A DNA stretch of 63,261 nt, counting the filler, from Octopus bimaculoides (taxonomy: Eukaryota): NCBI RefSeq assembly GCF_001194135.2. It is 5 parts of 4 records of this genome, joined end to end, with 100 filler letters (N's around TTAATTAATTAA, not from the genome) between each part and the next. Parts side by side here need not be neighbours in the genome. Positions count along the whole stretch, not along the records: positions 21,946 to 44,806 come from NW_026313255.1; 4 more parts are not named here. One strand, written 5' to 3'. The number at the start of each line of letters is the position of its first letter. Position 1 is the stretch's first letter. The translations under genes and the position numbers were made by a program. Positions 22,873-35,400 of this stretch are shown here, in pieces. Below the pieces are notes generated by a model. That model was not told where the DNA came from. It did not search any database and saw only the letters and a list, made by a program, of their open reading frames with translations.

Positions 22873-23950
22873 GGGGATGTGGATGGGAAGCATGCAAGTG
22901 TTCGTCTCTTTCTGTTAATAGTCTTGAACTCCCCGTCAACCGTCTCCATGGTGTCATTCAGGGGAGTTACAAGTTCTTGTGTCACTTCAGAGGGGGTGGG
23001 TGTGTTTATCTTTGACGGGACTGGTGTGTGCATGGCCTGGGGTTTTTCAGTTTTGTTGTGTTTGAGCGTCACAGATGGTGGAGTGGGGGTTTTTGTTTCT
23101 GTGAGGGCTGATGTGTGTGCGGGTTTGGGGTCTTTTTTTGATGAAGAGCCTGATGTCTGCACATTCATTTTCTTTTTCCACTTTTCACATTCTACACGAA
23201 TGTGGCCTTTATTGTCACATTCGTAACACGTGGGCTTTTTGCTCTCCACATGGATTTTGAGGACAACACCCTCACCTATGAGCATTCTTTCGGGAAGATT
23301 TTCAATGTCCTCCTGGCTGGCTTAAATAATTGCGGAGATACTCTGCCCGAGCCAATTTTGTGGGGCAGAGCATGTAATCTGCAGGAAGGTGATTTTGTTT
23401 GTTCTGTTATACAACAGAGCGGCCATCACCTCCCTTGCCTCGATTTCTGGTGGTACTTGTGTCACCTTCACTTGAGCCATTCTCCTCCCCATGTATGTTG
23501 GGAGAAGCACCACCTTGTTTGTTTTTAGGGGACTCACCGAATGCTTTTGGGCTTCTTGGATTGTCCCAAATCTGGCTTCTACGGAGCCATATGTCTGGCC
23601 CCTCGATATGTATTTTATGTCTTTCCATATGGGGGCCAGACATTTTTCTATTACACCATTGTCGAAGTGTTTAAACTTCTTAGATGTAGGACAGTATGTT
23701 TTAAAAACTACTGTCCTTCTTTTTAAGTTTTTGACGCTTGGGGAGGGGGATATCTTGATATCCCCACCCTCCTCTTTCATCCTTTCAAAAAACTCAGAGA
23801 GCTTATCTACTTGCAAGACTATGTCTTCAATAGCAACAGCGGCGACTGCTGCAAACTTCTTCATGGGCTCACTCATTTTTTGAATTAATTCGACCAACAT
23901 ACTAGGTTGAATTTAATTCTACACAAAAAAAATCCCTGGAAACGGGAAAC
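22873..23950 (-). mobile_element. L1/Tx1-type ORF1 (gag-like, CCHC knuckle) and 5' region
   Basis: RRTVVFK...YGSVEARF...; CYECDNKGHIRVEC zinc knuckle; low-complexity linker; 5' end abuts (TA)n. Confidence 0.8.
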
Positions 23951-23955
23951 CTATA

Positions 23956-23992
<37 letters not shown>

Positions 23993-24169
23993 CTTTTTCC
24001 CTTTATGAGGACACCAGTTCAAATGCAAAGGGGGAGAACATGAGAACATGAGGTACAAATGAGGGCAGTGGAATAAAACTCCCTTATACAGCAACAGCTG
24101 GGACAAAGGTACATACAGCAGTGGTGATTTGAACTAGGCCTAAGCTCTACAATTAGGTCAACTAGGCCT

Positions 24170-25400
24170 AAGATCTATAATTAGTACAAACCTTAAAGAA
24201 CTCAACTTCCTAGACATTCGCATGAATCTTAACACAGGAAAATTTAAACCCTACCACAAAGAAAACAAGAAAGCTTCGTACATAGACATAGGTTACAACC
24301 ACCCACCTGCAGTAATTAAAGAAATAGTTAACAACATTAGCAGGTGGATCACCCATTCATCCGTTGACTTTTGAAAAAGGTCCAACTGCAAGAATAGCAT
24401 ACACTATAACTGAACCAAACACAAATAGACCAAGAAGGCGCAGAGAAAAATCCTATGGTTCAATCTGCCTTATAGCATGAATGTAGATAGTAACATAGTT
24501 AGAAAATTCTTAAAAGTAATAGACCACCACTTCCCACATATACACAAATACCACAAAATCTTCAACAGAATCACTATTAAAGTTAGCTATAGTTGCCTCC
24601 CCAACATAGGGTCAATAACACTTAATTACAATAAACATAAAGAAACCAGAAACACCCCTCAAACTGCTGCCCTCTAAACAACAACTGTCTTTAGAAAGAA
24701 CTCATGTACAAGATTAAGGTCAAGATCCCCAACAAAATACCACAGACATGTATCGTAATGACGGAAAAGTCGTTCAAAGAAAGGTATATGCCACGCCTTG
24801 CGTCATTGAGATAAAAACAAAAAACATGCAACATCCCTATCAAATATAATATCTACGTTAAAAGAAGGTGAGATAAGCAACCCCCAGATAGAGCAGAAAG
24901 TCATTGCTAAAGCCTAAAAATGCAGAGGACAGGGCACCAAATGTGAACTCTGCATTACTGAAAAATTAAATATTATTCCATCAACAGACATGTTAAACAT
25001 TGGGGATGAAACCTTCTCTCCCTGCATACAGAAACAATATTTTACACTAAAATACTTTAAAGAAGACCCCCTATAAACAAGGGTCACTACAAACAAAGGC
25101 AACCCTAACAGGATAGCCCCTCCACATATACGAATACACATAGCACACAAACTTCACACAAGAAAGAAGAAATGTCACAAACTCCACACAAAGAAGAAAT
25201 AAGTCACAACATACAAGCACAGAACACCATGCCCAGAACAGGACCATACAAATCTGCAAAAAAATTAAGCAAGTTACTGAAAACCAAATCTATGGGAGAC
25301 AAACACTAAAAAATGCCATCTAGAGTAGCATCCCTTGATTTATTAATGCAAACTAATGAGAAATCCTATGAATGAAATGAGATTGCTTTCCAAAATGGAG
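24170..25400 (+). mobile_element. PLE fragment (RT thumb to endonuclease tail and 3' region)
   Basis: LNFLDI; YNHPPAVIK; FPHIHKYHKIFNRITIKVSYSCLPNI; KCELCITEKLNII. Confidence 0.8.
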
Positions 25401-25566
25401 GTGAACACCTTTCTCCATGTGATTGGCTTCAAAAAATTGTTAAGATACTTGAATATTTTCTTTCTCTTCTGAACATGAAACCAATGGTAGCTTTAATTTA
25501 CAACTAAAGAAATTATTTATCCACCAATGTGGTGTTGAGCACTCATTCCATTGTTCATTTACATAG

Positions 25567-25615
<49 letters not shown>

Positions 25616-25639
25616 GAGTCAACAAGAACAAGCAAGAAA

Positions 25640-26020
25640 AAATAACAATGCGAAGACGTGGAATAAGCACTGTGTTATTGGATGCTCAGTCATCAGAAAT
25701 ATAGAAAATGTCCAAAGAAGGGAAGACAGAGAAAGAAAATCGCTAGCGATACACATGCGGTCACATATTGAAATGATCGGAAGGGAATGGGTGAAGAACA
25801 GGTTCTTTCTAAGACAGGAGAGTGCAAGAGAAGGAGATATGTGTGGGTATGTGCATGCGCGCAGGTCTGTGTGCGTGTGTGTGTGTGTGTGTGTGTAATG
25901 ATAGCACATGTATATTTGTAGCAAGTATTTTGGTAAGAGTGGCTGTCTGTTGTGTGTCTTCCTTCACATGTGCGTAGGAGAATGGTCAGTAGAAAGGTGT
26001 TTAACTGGTAGTTTGAAGTA

Positions 26021-26051
<31 letters not shown>

Positions 26052-27425
26052 ATATGTTGTGGGTGTGCGTGTATGTATATGTTGTTTGCATGTGTGTGTA
26101 CATGTGGGTATGTGTATGCATGAGGTTGTGTGTGGGGTTTGTGTCTAAGGAGTAAATGTACCTTACTCTGTGTGTGTGTGTGTGTGCTTGTATGTGTGTG
26201 TGTGTGGGTGTGTCCATGTATGCATAATTGTGTGCGTGTATGTATGACTGTGTTGTGTGTGTATGGGAGGTATGTGTGGGTTCATTTGTGTGTGCATGTG
26301 TGTATGCGTGTGAGTATGTGCATGTGTATGCATGTGTGTGGGATTTGTGTAGGGGTATATGTGTGTTTCTGTGTGTATGTGCATGCGTGTGTTTATGCCC
26401 ATGTGTGTGTGTCTGTATGAGTGTGGGTTGTGTGTGGGGGAGGTATGTGTATGCACATGTGTGAGTGTGTGTATGTATGTGTATGTATGTGTATATGTGT
26501 GTGCTCGTGTGCATGTGTATATGTGTGTGTTCGTGTGTATGCGCGTGTGTGCATGTATGCATGTGCGTAGGTGTGTATAAGTGTGTGAACGTGGAGATGT
26601 GTGTCAAGTTATGTGTGTTTTGTTGCGTGTATGTGCGTGTGCTTGAGTAAGTGTATGTGGTTGTGTGTACATGTGTACGTTTATGTGTGTGTGTATACAG
26701 GTGTGTGTGTGGGGGGGTTGTGTGAGTTAGATATCTTTGCATTCCTGTGTGTGTGTATGTGTGTACGTTTGTGTACGTGTGTGTGTGCGCGCATGTATGT
26801 GTGTGGGTGTGTGGGTGGGTGGGTGTGTACACACGTGTGTGTGTGTGTGCATGAGTGTGTGCACGTGTATGTGTGTGTATATGTGCATGGTGTGTGTGGG
26901 AGGTATATATGTGTTCATGTGTGTGCACATGTGCGTGTATTTTTTCATGTGTGTGGATATGTACGTGTGTATGTGTATGTGTGCATGTATATAGAAATAA
27001 AAATTGTAATAAATTATAAAAAATAAGGTTGAAAGGTGATAAAGAAGAAGTTAATACAATAAAAAATGGCACAATTAAAAACAAAAAATGAAAAAGGCTG
27101 CTTTGTTACAAGGAGGTTGTAGAAGCAGTCAATAGGAGGAGGGGGTTGTGTTTAGTCTGAAGGGGATTGTTGTTTGTAGATTAAAAATATAATGCTGTTG
27201 CATGCGGAGTAACAAGTTTGTGGATCCGTGGTGCAGAGCGAGGCCTAAGATGGAGATGTTAGAGGGGGAGTGGTTAGCCAAGTGGAAGTGATGGGGGTGT
27301 TTGAACATAGCCGAACATCCCTTAGATGTTCGGTGAACAGGTCGGCCCGTCTGACCTACATATAGTTTACCACAGAGGTTGTATCTAATACAGTATATGA
27401 GGCTAGAAGAGGTGAAAGAGAAGGA
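25640..27425 (-). mobile_element. PLE-derived remnant: GIY-YIG fragment, ~1.1-kb CA-rich tract, pLTR remnant
   Basis: SSSLIYCIRYNLCGKLYVGQTGR...HFHLANHS...YIFNLQTTIPFRLN (27130-27425); pLTR motif gaagacgt...gatgctcag shared with the 19278 element. Confidence 0.65.
25850..26990. repeat. Cryptic (TG/TA)n low-complexity tract
   Basis: Imperfect dinucleotide repeats over more than 1 kb; source of the 463-aa His/Thr ORF. Confidence 0.95.
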
Positions 27426-27444
27426 ATTTATATATATAGTAGAT

Positions 27445-27823
27445 GCAGGAGTGGTTGTGTGGTAAGTAGCTTGCTTATGAACCACATGGTTCTGGGTTCA
27501 GTCCCACTGCATGGCACCTTGGGCAAGTGTCTTCTACTATAGCCTTGGGCCGACCAAAGCCTTGTGAGTGGATTTGGTAGGCATTGACTGAAAGAAGCCC
27601 ATTTGATATATATATATGTATGTGTGTGTATATGTTAGTGTAGCTGTGTTTGTGCCCTCTAACACCGCTTGGCAACAGATGCTGGTGCATTTACATCCCC
27701 ATAACTTAGCAGTTCGGCAAAAGAGACCGATGGTGTAAGTACTAGGTTTACAAAGAAGGGGGTTTGATTTGCTCTACTAAAGACAGTGCTCCAGCATGAC
27801 CGCAGTCAAAAGAATAAAAATAG
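27445..27823 (+). mobile_element. SINE family A, full length
   Basis: Same head, core and tail as the copy at 4841. Confidence 0.85.
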
Positions 27824-27869
27824 AATATATATTTTATATATATATATGTATATTATATACTTTTGAGCA

Positions 27870-28132
27870 GCTCATACACTCCTCTCAATACACTTTCTGC
27901 AACTTTACACTGGCTTCTAAGCAGGTATCACCATTACAACTTTCTCTATTGGGGTCAATATGACAATCACATGCTACACACCTTCCTTCAAGGCACTGCT
28001 ATAAGCAGTGGCAGTGAGCTGGAATGCTAAAACTTAGTGCACATACACAGCAGAGTTCAAGGTCTATATTTGCCAAACATAGCTTCATTACTATAGTAAC
28101 CACCCGGATACTTATTGATCAGACCTCATACA
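27870..28132 (-). mobile_element. Mariner-like 5' remnant
   Basis: Minus strand begins tatgaggtctgatcaataagtatccgg, resembling a mariner TIR; decayed N-terminal HTH-like sequence follows. Confidence 0.5.
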
Positions 28133-28232
28133 AACATATATATAAATATATACACATGTATACATACATATATACACACATATGTACATATATACACACA
28201 TATATACATACATAAATAAATAAATACAGACA

Positions 28233-28296
<64 letters not shown>

Positions 28297-28480
28297 NNNN
28301 NNNNNNNNNNNNNNNNNNNNNNNNNNNNNNNNNNNNNNNNNNNNNNNNNNNNNNNNNNNNNNNNNNNNNNNNNNNNNNNNNNNNNNNNNNNNNNNNNNNN
28401 NNNNNNNNNNNNNNNNNNNNNNNNNNNNNNNNNNNNNNNNNNNNNNNNNNNNNNNNNNNNNNNNNNNNNNNNNNNNNNNN

Positions 28481-28519
<39 letters not shown>

Positions 28520-28532
28520 TATATATATATAT

Positions 28533-28852
28533 GGTCAAGGCGCATAGCTTAGTGGTTAGGTCATTCAGCTCATATTCGTAAGATCAGGAGTTAAATTCCT
28601 GGCAATGAGTTGTGTCCTTGATCGAGATATTTCATTTCATGTTGCTGTAGTCCACTTACCCAGGAAAAATTAGTAATACCTGTATTTGAAAGGGCCAGCC
28701 TTGTCACACTCTGTGTCATGTTGAATCTTCCTGAGAACTATGTTAAGTATCCACGTGTCTGTGGAGTGCTTGGCCCCAAGCATGTTAACATCACAAGCGA
28801 GCTGTTTCATTGATTGATTGAACTCTCATCCAGATAACTGACGGAGTGCCAG
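28533..28852 (+). mobile_element. Chimeric tRNA-derived SINE (head/core like 38070, tail like 1138)
   Basis: ggcgcatagcttagtggttag...tgtgtccttga..aga.a.tt.atttca.gttgct..agtccact, then aaagggccagccttgtcacact...gagaacta.gttaag...cacgtgtctgtggagtgct...gacggagtgcca. Confidence 0.75.
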
Positions 28853-28860
28853 TTTTATAC

Positions 28861-28897
<37 letters not shown>

Positions 28898-29084
28898 ACA
28901 CAAATACATATTAATGAGAAAGTTTTTGGATGGAAATTTTTATATTTAGTAATGCATTGCTGCATATCTTTTGACATGAAGTGTTTGTTTGTGACTACAT
29001 TCACATATCCATAGGATACTATTAAATATTATTTACAATAGAAATTATAGAAATGTTTGTTAAATATGCAGACAATATACTTAC

Positions 29085-29182
29085 CAGTAATTTAACTTCA
29101 TATTTCTCAGGCCGAATTTCTTGCTTCAAATGACATTTGATTGCTATTTTTTGTTGATAATCAAGAGCATCACGAAGACTCT
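29085..29182 (-). CDS. Candidate exon of an unidentified host gene (E-SLRDALDYQQKIAIKCHLKQEIRPEKYEVKLL)
   Basis: Acceptor tatttatttactttttag, donor CTG|GTAAGT; 98 nt, open in the phase-1 frame. Confidence 0.5.
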
Positions 29183-29486
29183 CTAAAAAGTAAATAAATA
29201 TGGTTAAACCATTTAGAATAAATCATTATGTGTTTTTGACATAATTCAAAATAAATTTCTTTTATGCAGAGTAGGTGTACTTATTTTATCAATAGAAAAA
29301 GGAAAGATAATTGGTTGGCCTTGGAAAGATGTGATGCTCAATCATGGATATGCAAAGTTAAATATTGCAAGAAAGCATTTAGACTCCTTTTTTTACAATT
29401 CAACTTGCCATTCTTAAATTGTTTAATTATTGAACAAGTGAAATAATGGTTTCATATTGCCAACAAAGACTATATTTTGCATTCAC

Positions 29487-29529
29487 CTTCATATATTGTT
29501 GTACAAAACAAGAAGTGGGACACAAGAAA
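29487..29529 (-). CDS. Candidate exon (FLVSHFLFCTTIYE-E) upstream of 29085-29182
   Basis: Acceptor ctactttacctttgtag, donor AAG|GTGAAT; 43 nt; phase-1 end joins in frame to the 98-nt exon. Confidence 0.42.
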
Positions 29530-29928
29530 CTACAAAGGTAAAGTAGCTGTTCATTTCCTATGCTTAGGTTGGCTTTGACAAACTGGACATATTCATATTC
29601 TTGGCAACTGTGTTTTACAGTTGGCTGCCTTACATTGACAAATCAAAAGAATAAGGGGTTGAAATTTTTGTTTGTTGTTGTTTGTGTGTGTCATCCACAT
29701 AAAGTGGAGCAGAGTTCTGTATTTGACCTAAAGATACATCACAATGACTCTAGTATTAAAATATGAACTGATATGTCAAATAAACACATCTGTCTAATTT
29801 TCCTTATAATTGTTCCTTATATATCCATAATTCCTTTTATTGCTATGTGGAAATCTTATTCTTATTTTCTGAACCATTTGTTCTAAAAGATTAACTTCAG
29901 CACATTTAAGCCAACATTGACAGCTGAC

Positions 29929-30224
29929 TGTTATGTTGAGAATCATGACACCCCCTGTGAGAATGGACTAGCCAAATGTGTATAAGTAGCAGCTTGTTTG
30001 ACTGAAAATGAGATGATGAGAAATCATGGGAAGTCAAAAGGTGTCATTCATGAGCTCGTGGAGTCACAGGAAATTGAGAAGTTATTATAATTGTTTTCGA
30101 TTGGTTACAGTTGTTAGCAGAGTATCTGGGAATACATCAAGTGGAGACAGTTGGTATCTACCCCGTTCCACAGTATAACACACTGTAGTCATGCACAACA
30201 CTAAGGTAACATATACAGAAATCA
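29929..30224 (+). repeat. 5' LTR
   Basis: TGTTATGTTGAGAATCATGACACC...ATATACAGAAATCA aligns with 37400-37709; the exact 3' boundary is uncertain. Confidence 0.8.
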
Positions 30225-30965
30225 CTATAAAAGTTGTTGATTCAAAGTTTACGTTGGTCATTAACAATTTTTTCATGATACAAAAAATCTGTTAATTATA
30301 GAAGACCTGTTAGCTGACATATTACAGTTGAAAAAGCAACAGTAGCAACAGGAATTCTACCAACAACTACAACACAATCAGTTGCTGGAACTTATGTTGA
30401 AGTCAGGAAACACTGCAAGTTCATTTTCAGCAGATGGCGTAGAGAATGCTATAGCTGAATTTAGTTATAACCCAGAAGAGGGTATAACATTTTTGGTGTA
30501 CTTCAGAAGATACACAGAAATCTTCAAGGAAGAATGCAAGTGTTGGACAGATGGTGAATAAATGAGATTACTTTACGGAAACATTTGCTTAAAAAAGAAA
30601 GTGAAATTTGTTTTGAGGAAACAATTGAATTGCTATCCAAAATGTTCAGTGATAAGAGTTCCCTGTTTAACACTCGCTTGGAGTGTTTGAACTTAGCAAA
30701 AGAAGAGGACGAATATTTTGTCAGTTATGCCGGAATTGTAAACAAAATGTGCAAAACACTTGAACTGAAGGAATTAAATCCAGACATGCCTCAACTTTAT
30801 GCAAGGTTTGATGGCAAACAAAGATGCAGCAATACGTGCATGGATTCTTACAAAACTAGAACAGGAGGACCAGAATTTAACCCTGCAGGCAGTAGCAGAG
30901 GAATGTCAAAGAATTATCAACTTGCAACAGCATGTAAAGAAAATTGAAGAAAAAATTTCTCAAGT

Positions 30966-31386
30966 AGGCGTAGGAGTGACTGTGTGGTAAGTAGCTTGCT
31001 TACAAACCATATGGTTCCGGGTTCAGTTCCACCGCATGGCACCTTGGGCAAGTGTCTTCTACTATAGCCTTGGACTGACCAAAGCCTTGTGAGTGGATTT
31101 GGTTGACGGAAACTGAAAGAAGCCTGTCGTATATATGTACATATATATATGTATGTGTGTGTGTGTATATGTTTGTGTGTCTGTGTTTGTCCCCCCAACA
31201 TCACTTGACAACCGATGCTGGTGTGTTTACGTCTCCGTAACTTAGCGGCTCAGCAAAAGAGACTGATAGAATAAGTACTAGGCTTACAAAGAATAAGTCC
31301 TGGGGTCGATTTGCTTGACTAAAGGTGGTGCTACAGCATGGCCACAGTCAAATGACTGAAACAAGTAAAAGAGTAAGAGTAAAGAT
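30966..31386 (+). mobile_element. SINE family A inserted in Gypsy gag
   Basis: Full head, core and tail; interrupts the gag frame. Confidence 0.9.
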
Positions 31387-32798
31387 TAAGTACAGACATG
31401 TCAACCAGGAATGAATAAAGAAAAATGAATGTTACAAGAAATCCATGCTATGGGTGTGGAGGTTTACCTTTTTAAGAAAAACTGCCCATTTAAAACTCGG
31501 AAATGTTTAGGTTGTCAAAAAATAGGACATAAAAACTCGCACTGCATAGCAAAGCAAAGAAGGTTTGAAAAAAAATTCTTCCAAAAAGGTTTGCTCAATG
31601 GAAAGTCATGATGATACCCCAAAAAAAGAAAGTACGTGTTTGTAAGAATAAACAACATGAACATAAAACTACAACTAGACGCAGGAAGCGACATTACAAT
31701 TATTGATACCGATATGTGGAAGAAAATTGGGAAACCTACATTAAAGAAATCAAAAAGTGCATGAGACATCACAGGTGAAATATTACACTTCTTAGGCAAA
31801 ATGGTAAGCAACATTACATTCTGTGGTAAAACCTGTAAAGCAAAAGTGTTTGTATTAAAAAATGCAACAAACTTGTTCGGTACTGACAGGATGGAGTTGC
31901 TTGATTTATGGGACCTCCCCATAAATCCGTTCTGTTAAAACATAAATGATTGTTCCTCCAGCAAGAATAAGGCATCGGATGAATTGAAGAAAAAATTTTT
32001 AAATGCTTTTCCTTACGTATTGTTGGATAAATTAGGTTTGTGTACTAAGACTGAGGTATGTTTCCAAATTAAGGAAAACATAATACCAGTGTTCAAACCA
32101 AAAATAACAGTACCTTTTGCTGCAATAAAAAATGTTGATGAAAAATTAGACAGACTAGAGAAAATTGGAGTCATCCAAAAAGTGGAATATGCAAAATGGG
32201 CAGCTCCAATGGTATGTATTAAAAAAAAAAGAATAACAAAATCAGGGTGTCTGCCAATTTTTCCACAAGTTTCAATGAATGTCTGAAAACATATCACCAT
32301 CTCTGGAGAATATTTTTGTGAAGTTAAACAGGGGCAAAATATTTTCGAAACTGGATCTCTCTGATGCATGCTAACAAATCAGAGTTGATGGGAAATGCTC
32401 AAAATACTTAACAGTGAATACACATAAAGGACTATATAAATATAACAGATTACCATTTGGTCTAATGGTCGCACCTATAATTTTTCAACAGGTTATGGAT
32501 AAAATGTTAGCGCAGACTGTGAATTCGCAATTCCATACCTAGATGATATATTAATTAAAAGTCAATCTTGTGATCAGCATGTCAAGCATGTAAAATGTGC
32601 TTTTGAAAAAAGAGATTACAGTTTCACACTGACTGAGGGAAAATGTGAAATTTTTACCTAAAATTAAGTATTTAGGACAAATTATTGACAAGATTGGACG
32701 ACAATCAGACCCATCAAGGCAGGTGCAATTAAAAATGTGCCTCCTCCAACTAATATAACAACCTTACAAGCTTTTGTAAGTCTAGCGAATTATCAAAA

Positions 32799-35400
32799 TT
32801 AGCAGAGGCACATGGCATTTGCCCCAGAATGAAATTGTTCCTTATGTATTGGAAGAAAAAAGCAAAATATGTTGTATAGAAATTTGTTATTCTAAATTCA
32901 ATTTATTCTTCAGCCATGATACAATTTATAATTCAATCTTGAAATCAATTCTGAATTCATAATACAAAAACATTTAAATAATAGTAATTAAAAAAAAAAA
33001 TGAAAATACAAAATTTACCACTTTTATGAAGGGGGATAAATTCTATCATGTGTTGAAGGAAATTATGTAAGAGATTCTGGGTAAACAACATTCTTTGTTT
33101 TCTGGTTTGAAGCATAGACAAATAAGTCTTGAAAACTACCAACCCTGGAGCAACCAACATAAAACTGACCATGAGAAAGGGAAGGTTCAATTAAGTGCAA
33201 GTCAGCAGATTTCAAAGTCTGACCTTGAGCTTCATTAATAGACATTGCAAAGCAAAGTTGCACTGGGAATTGTGTTCGTTTGAACTCAAATGATATGTCA
33301 TTGGTTTGATTGGAATTTTTGGAATGAAAAACTCTTCTCCAGAGGCACATCCAGTGATAATAGTAGCTTCTATCACATTAGGTGATAATGTCTTCACAAT
33401 CAAACTTGTCTCATTGCATAATTTAGGAGGATCTAAATTTCTTAGAAGCATTATTAGTACTCTTACCTTCAGAAAAAGTTTATGTGGGGGAGTTCCAGGT
33501 GGCTCAAGAGAATTAAGGAATTCTGTTGTGTAATGGACAGCTTGATTTTTATCAAGGACTGAATCAACTGATTTGTACTCCTTAATGACTGTTGGTGTCT
33601 TATTCATTAATTCACGGTTGATCCTTACTACTGTCTCATTTTTTGGAGCAAGAATTGCCCTTTCACACAACCATGTATGTGAATTATTATTACTTAAGTC
33701 TGGAAATACCCTGTTCTTCAGTTCAGCAGGAGAATTCACCATGATAGTAATATGAGCCAAACTGATATCACCATTCCCATCAAATGGTACTTCCCCATTT
33801 CCTAATTGGAAGAGCCAGGTTAGAAACTGTTCTGCACATTGATTTCCATGTAATAAAGCTTGCACATTAGTATTGAAGAAGAATTTCTGTACTTTATTTC
33901 AAAGGTGTGAAGACTTAACACATGCTTTTATTCCATCAGGTCTTGTTCTTCTCGGAATGACTGGTAATGTCTGTCTGAAGTCTCCTGATGAAACTAATGT
34001 AACTCCTCCTGTAGATTTATTGTTGCCTCATATCCTGTAAGGTCTTATCAAGAGCTTCCATTGCACCTCTATGTCACATGGTGCATTCATGCCAAATGAT
34101 CAGGAGCAACACCTCTGCTGAACCTGAACCTTTGCTTATGTTACAAATTGGATTGTCATTTGTGACCAGGTTTTGCAGTAATGAGCTGTTCATCCTCCTG
34201 GGAGAATGATAGCAGTAATGCCAGACAATGGTACAGCAATTGTAATTCTTTTTTGGAGAGAAGCAATATTGTAACAAATGTTTTACCTGTGCCACGAGAA
34301 GCATCAAGAAAGAAAATTCCTCCACTTTTTTCTCTGACTGATGAAATAATTTTATCATACGCACAACATTATTCTGGAAGAAATTTAGGTTCATGTTCAT
34401 TAACAAATGCAGCCAACTCTGTGATGTCATAATTTGTCTCTCTTGCTATGTTTCTTGAAGTTAAATCACTAATTTGAAAGTTTGTTTTGGCAGTCCAGAG
34501 ACAGACTCATGCAAATTTTTGCCTCCCATAGCCAAAACTTGATCCTCAGTTTCAATTAGTGCTTCATAAAAAATTGTTTCAGAGAACTGAATATTGATAT
34601 CTGGATTTGCCTGTTGAACTGCATACTTTAAGTCCTCAGCCATGTCTTCATGATGTTTCATCCAAAGCTGTAGAGGAATGCCAAGTTGACACATGTTCAG
34701 TATAAATACAAAAAGGTCATGGAGTTTCCTTGGAGAATCTGATACTGATGCTTCAGTCAATGCAAAGTCTCAATGCTAATTATTTTTTAAAAAACCTTGT
34801 TGATAGCATGCTTCCCTATAAGTTTCACACACATGACCATTTATTCTCCTCAAATCTTGGAATGATTTTGGACCATGTACTCCATGCAAAGGAGCAGTAA
34901 TTAGTAGCATTCTGCGTGGCTTGGGCAGACACTAAACTCTTGCAAGAGCATCAGCCCCATGTTTCCTCTTGTGTCATTTATTGTTTCCCCAGGTATAATA
35001 TTTGGGTAATTGTGGGTTAAGGAGTTTTCTTGCATCTTCATCTCCTTGACACAACTTTAAAAAGGCAGTAAGAGTAGTTTCTTTTGGAGAAAGTGCTTGT
35101 TGCAAGGTTGTTTTGTAAAGATAACCCTGTGGCCATTCTCTAGATGAACACTCAGATGAATGATGGCTGGGTGCCTCTCATGAATGAGAAAATTGAAGAT
35201 GTACCAAAAAGCCTCATTGGTACTGATCTATCTTCTTTTGTGCAATTTTGTCATTTTTATTTATCTGCTGACTGCCATTCTACATAAGAGTGTATGTTGC
35301 ACCATCTAAACGTTTGTTTATATATTTGCAAACATACTTAATAGTTAACAGGGTTACAGAAGTCCATATTGACTACTTTGAAAATTAAAATGGGGATTAA
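32799..35400 (-). mobile_element. Autonomous-type Helitron fragment (Rep C-terminus + Pif1 helicase) nested in Gypsy pol
   Basis: IHERHPAIIHLSVHL.NG; FLDASRGTGKTF (Walker A); LIIWHECTM; ERAILAPKN; PPHKLFLKV...MLLRNLDPPKLCN; QFPVQLCFAMSINEAQGQTL...SHGQFYVGCSRV; 3' GGC-aaat-GCC hairpin and CTAA terminus at 32799-32802. Confidence 0.9.

Noticed and set aside
25693-27084. 463-aa His/Thr-rich ORF
   Set aside because: Translation of a cryptic CA repeat; all frames give HT/CV/YI-type runs.
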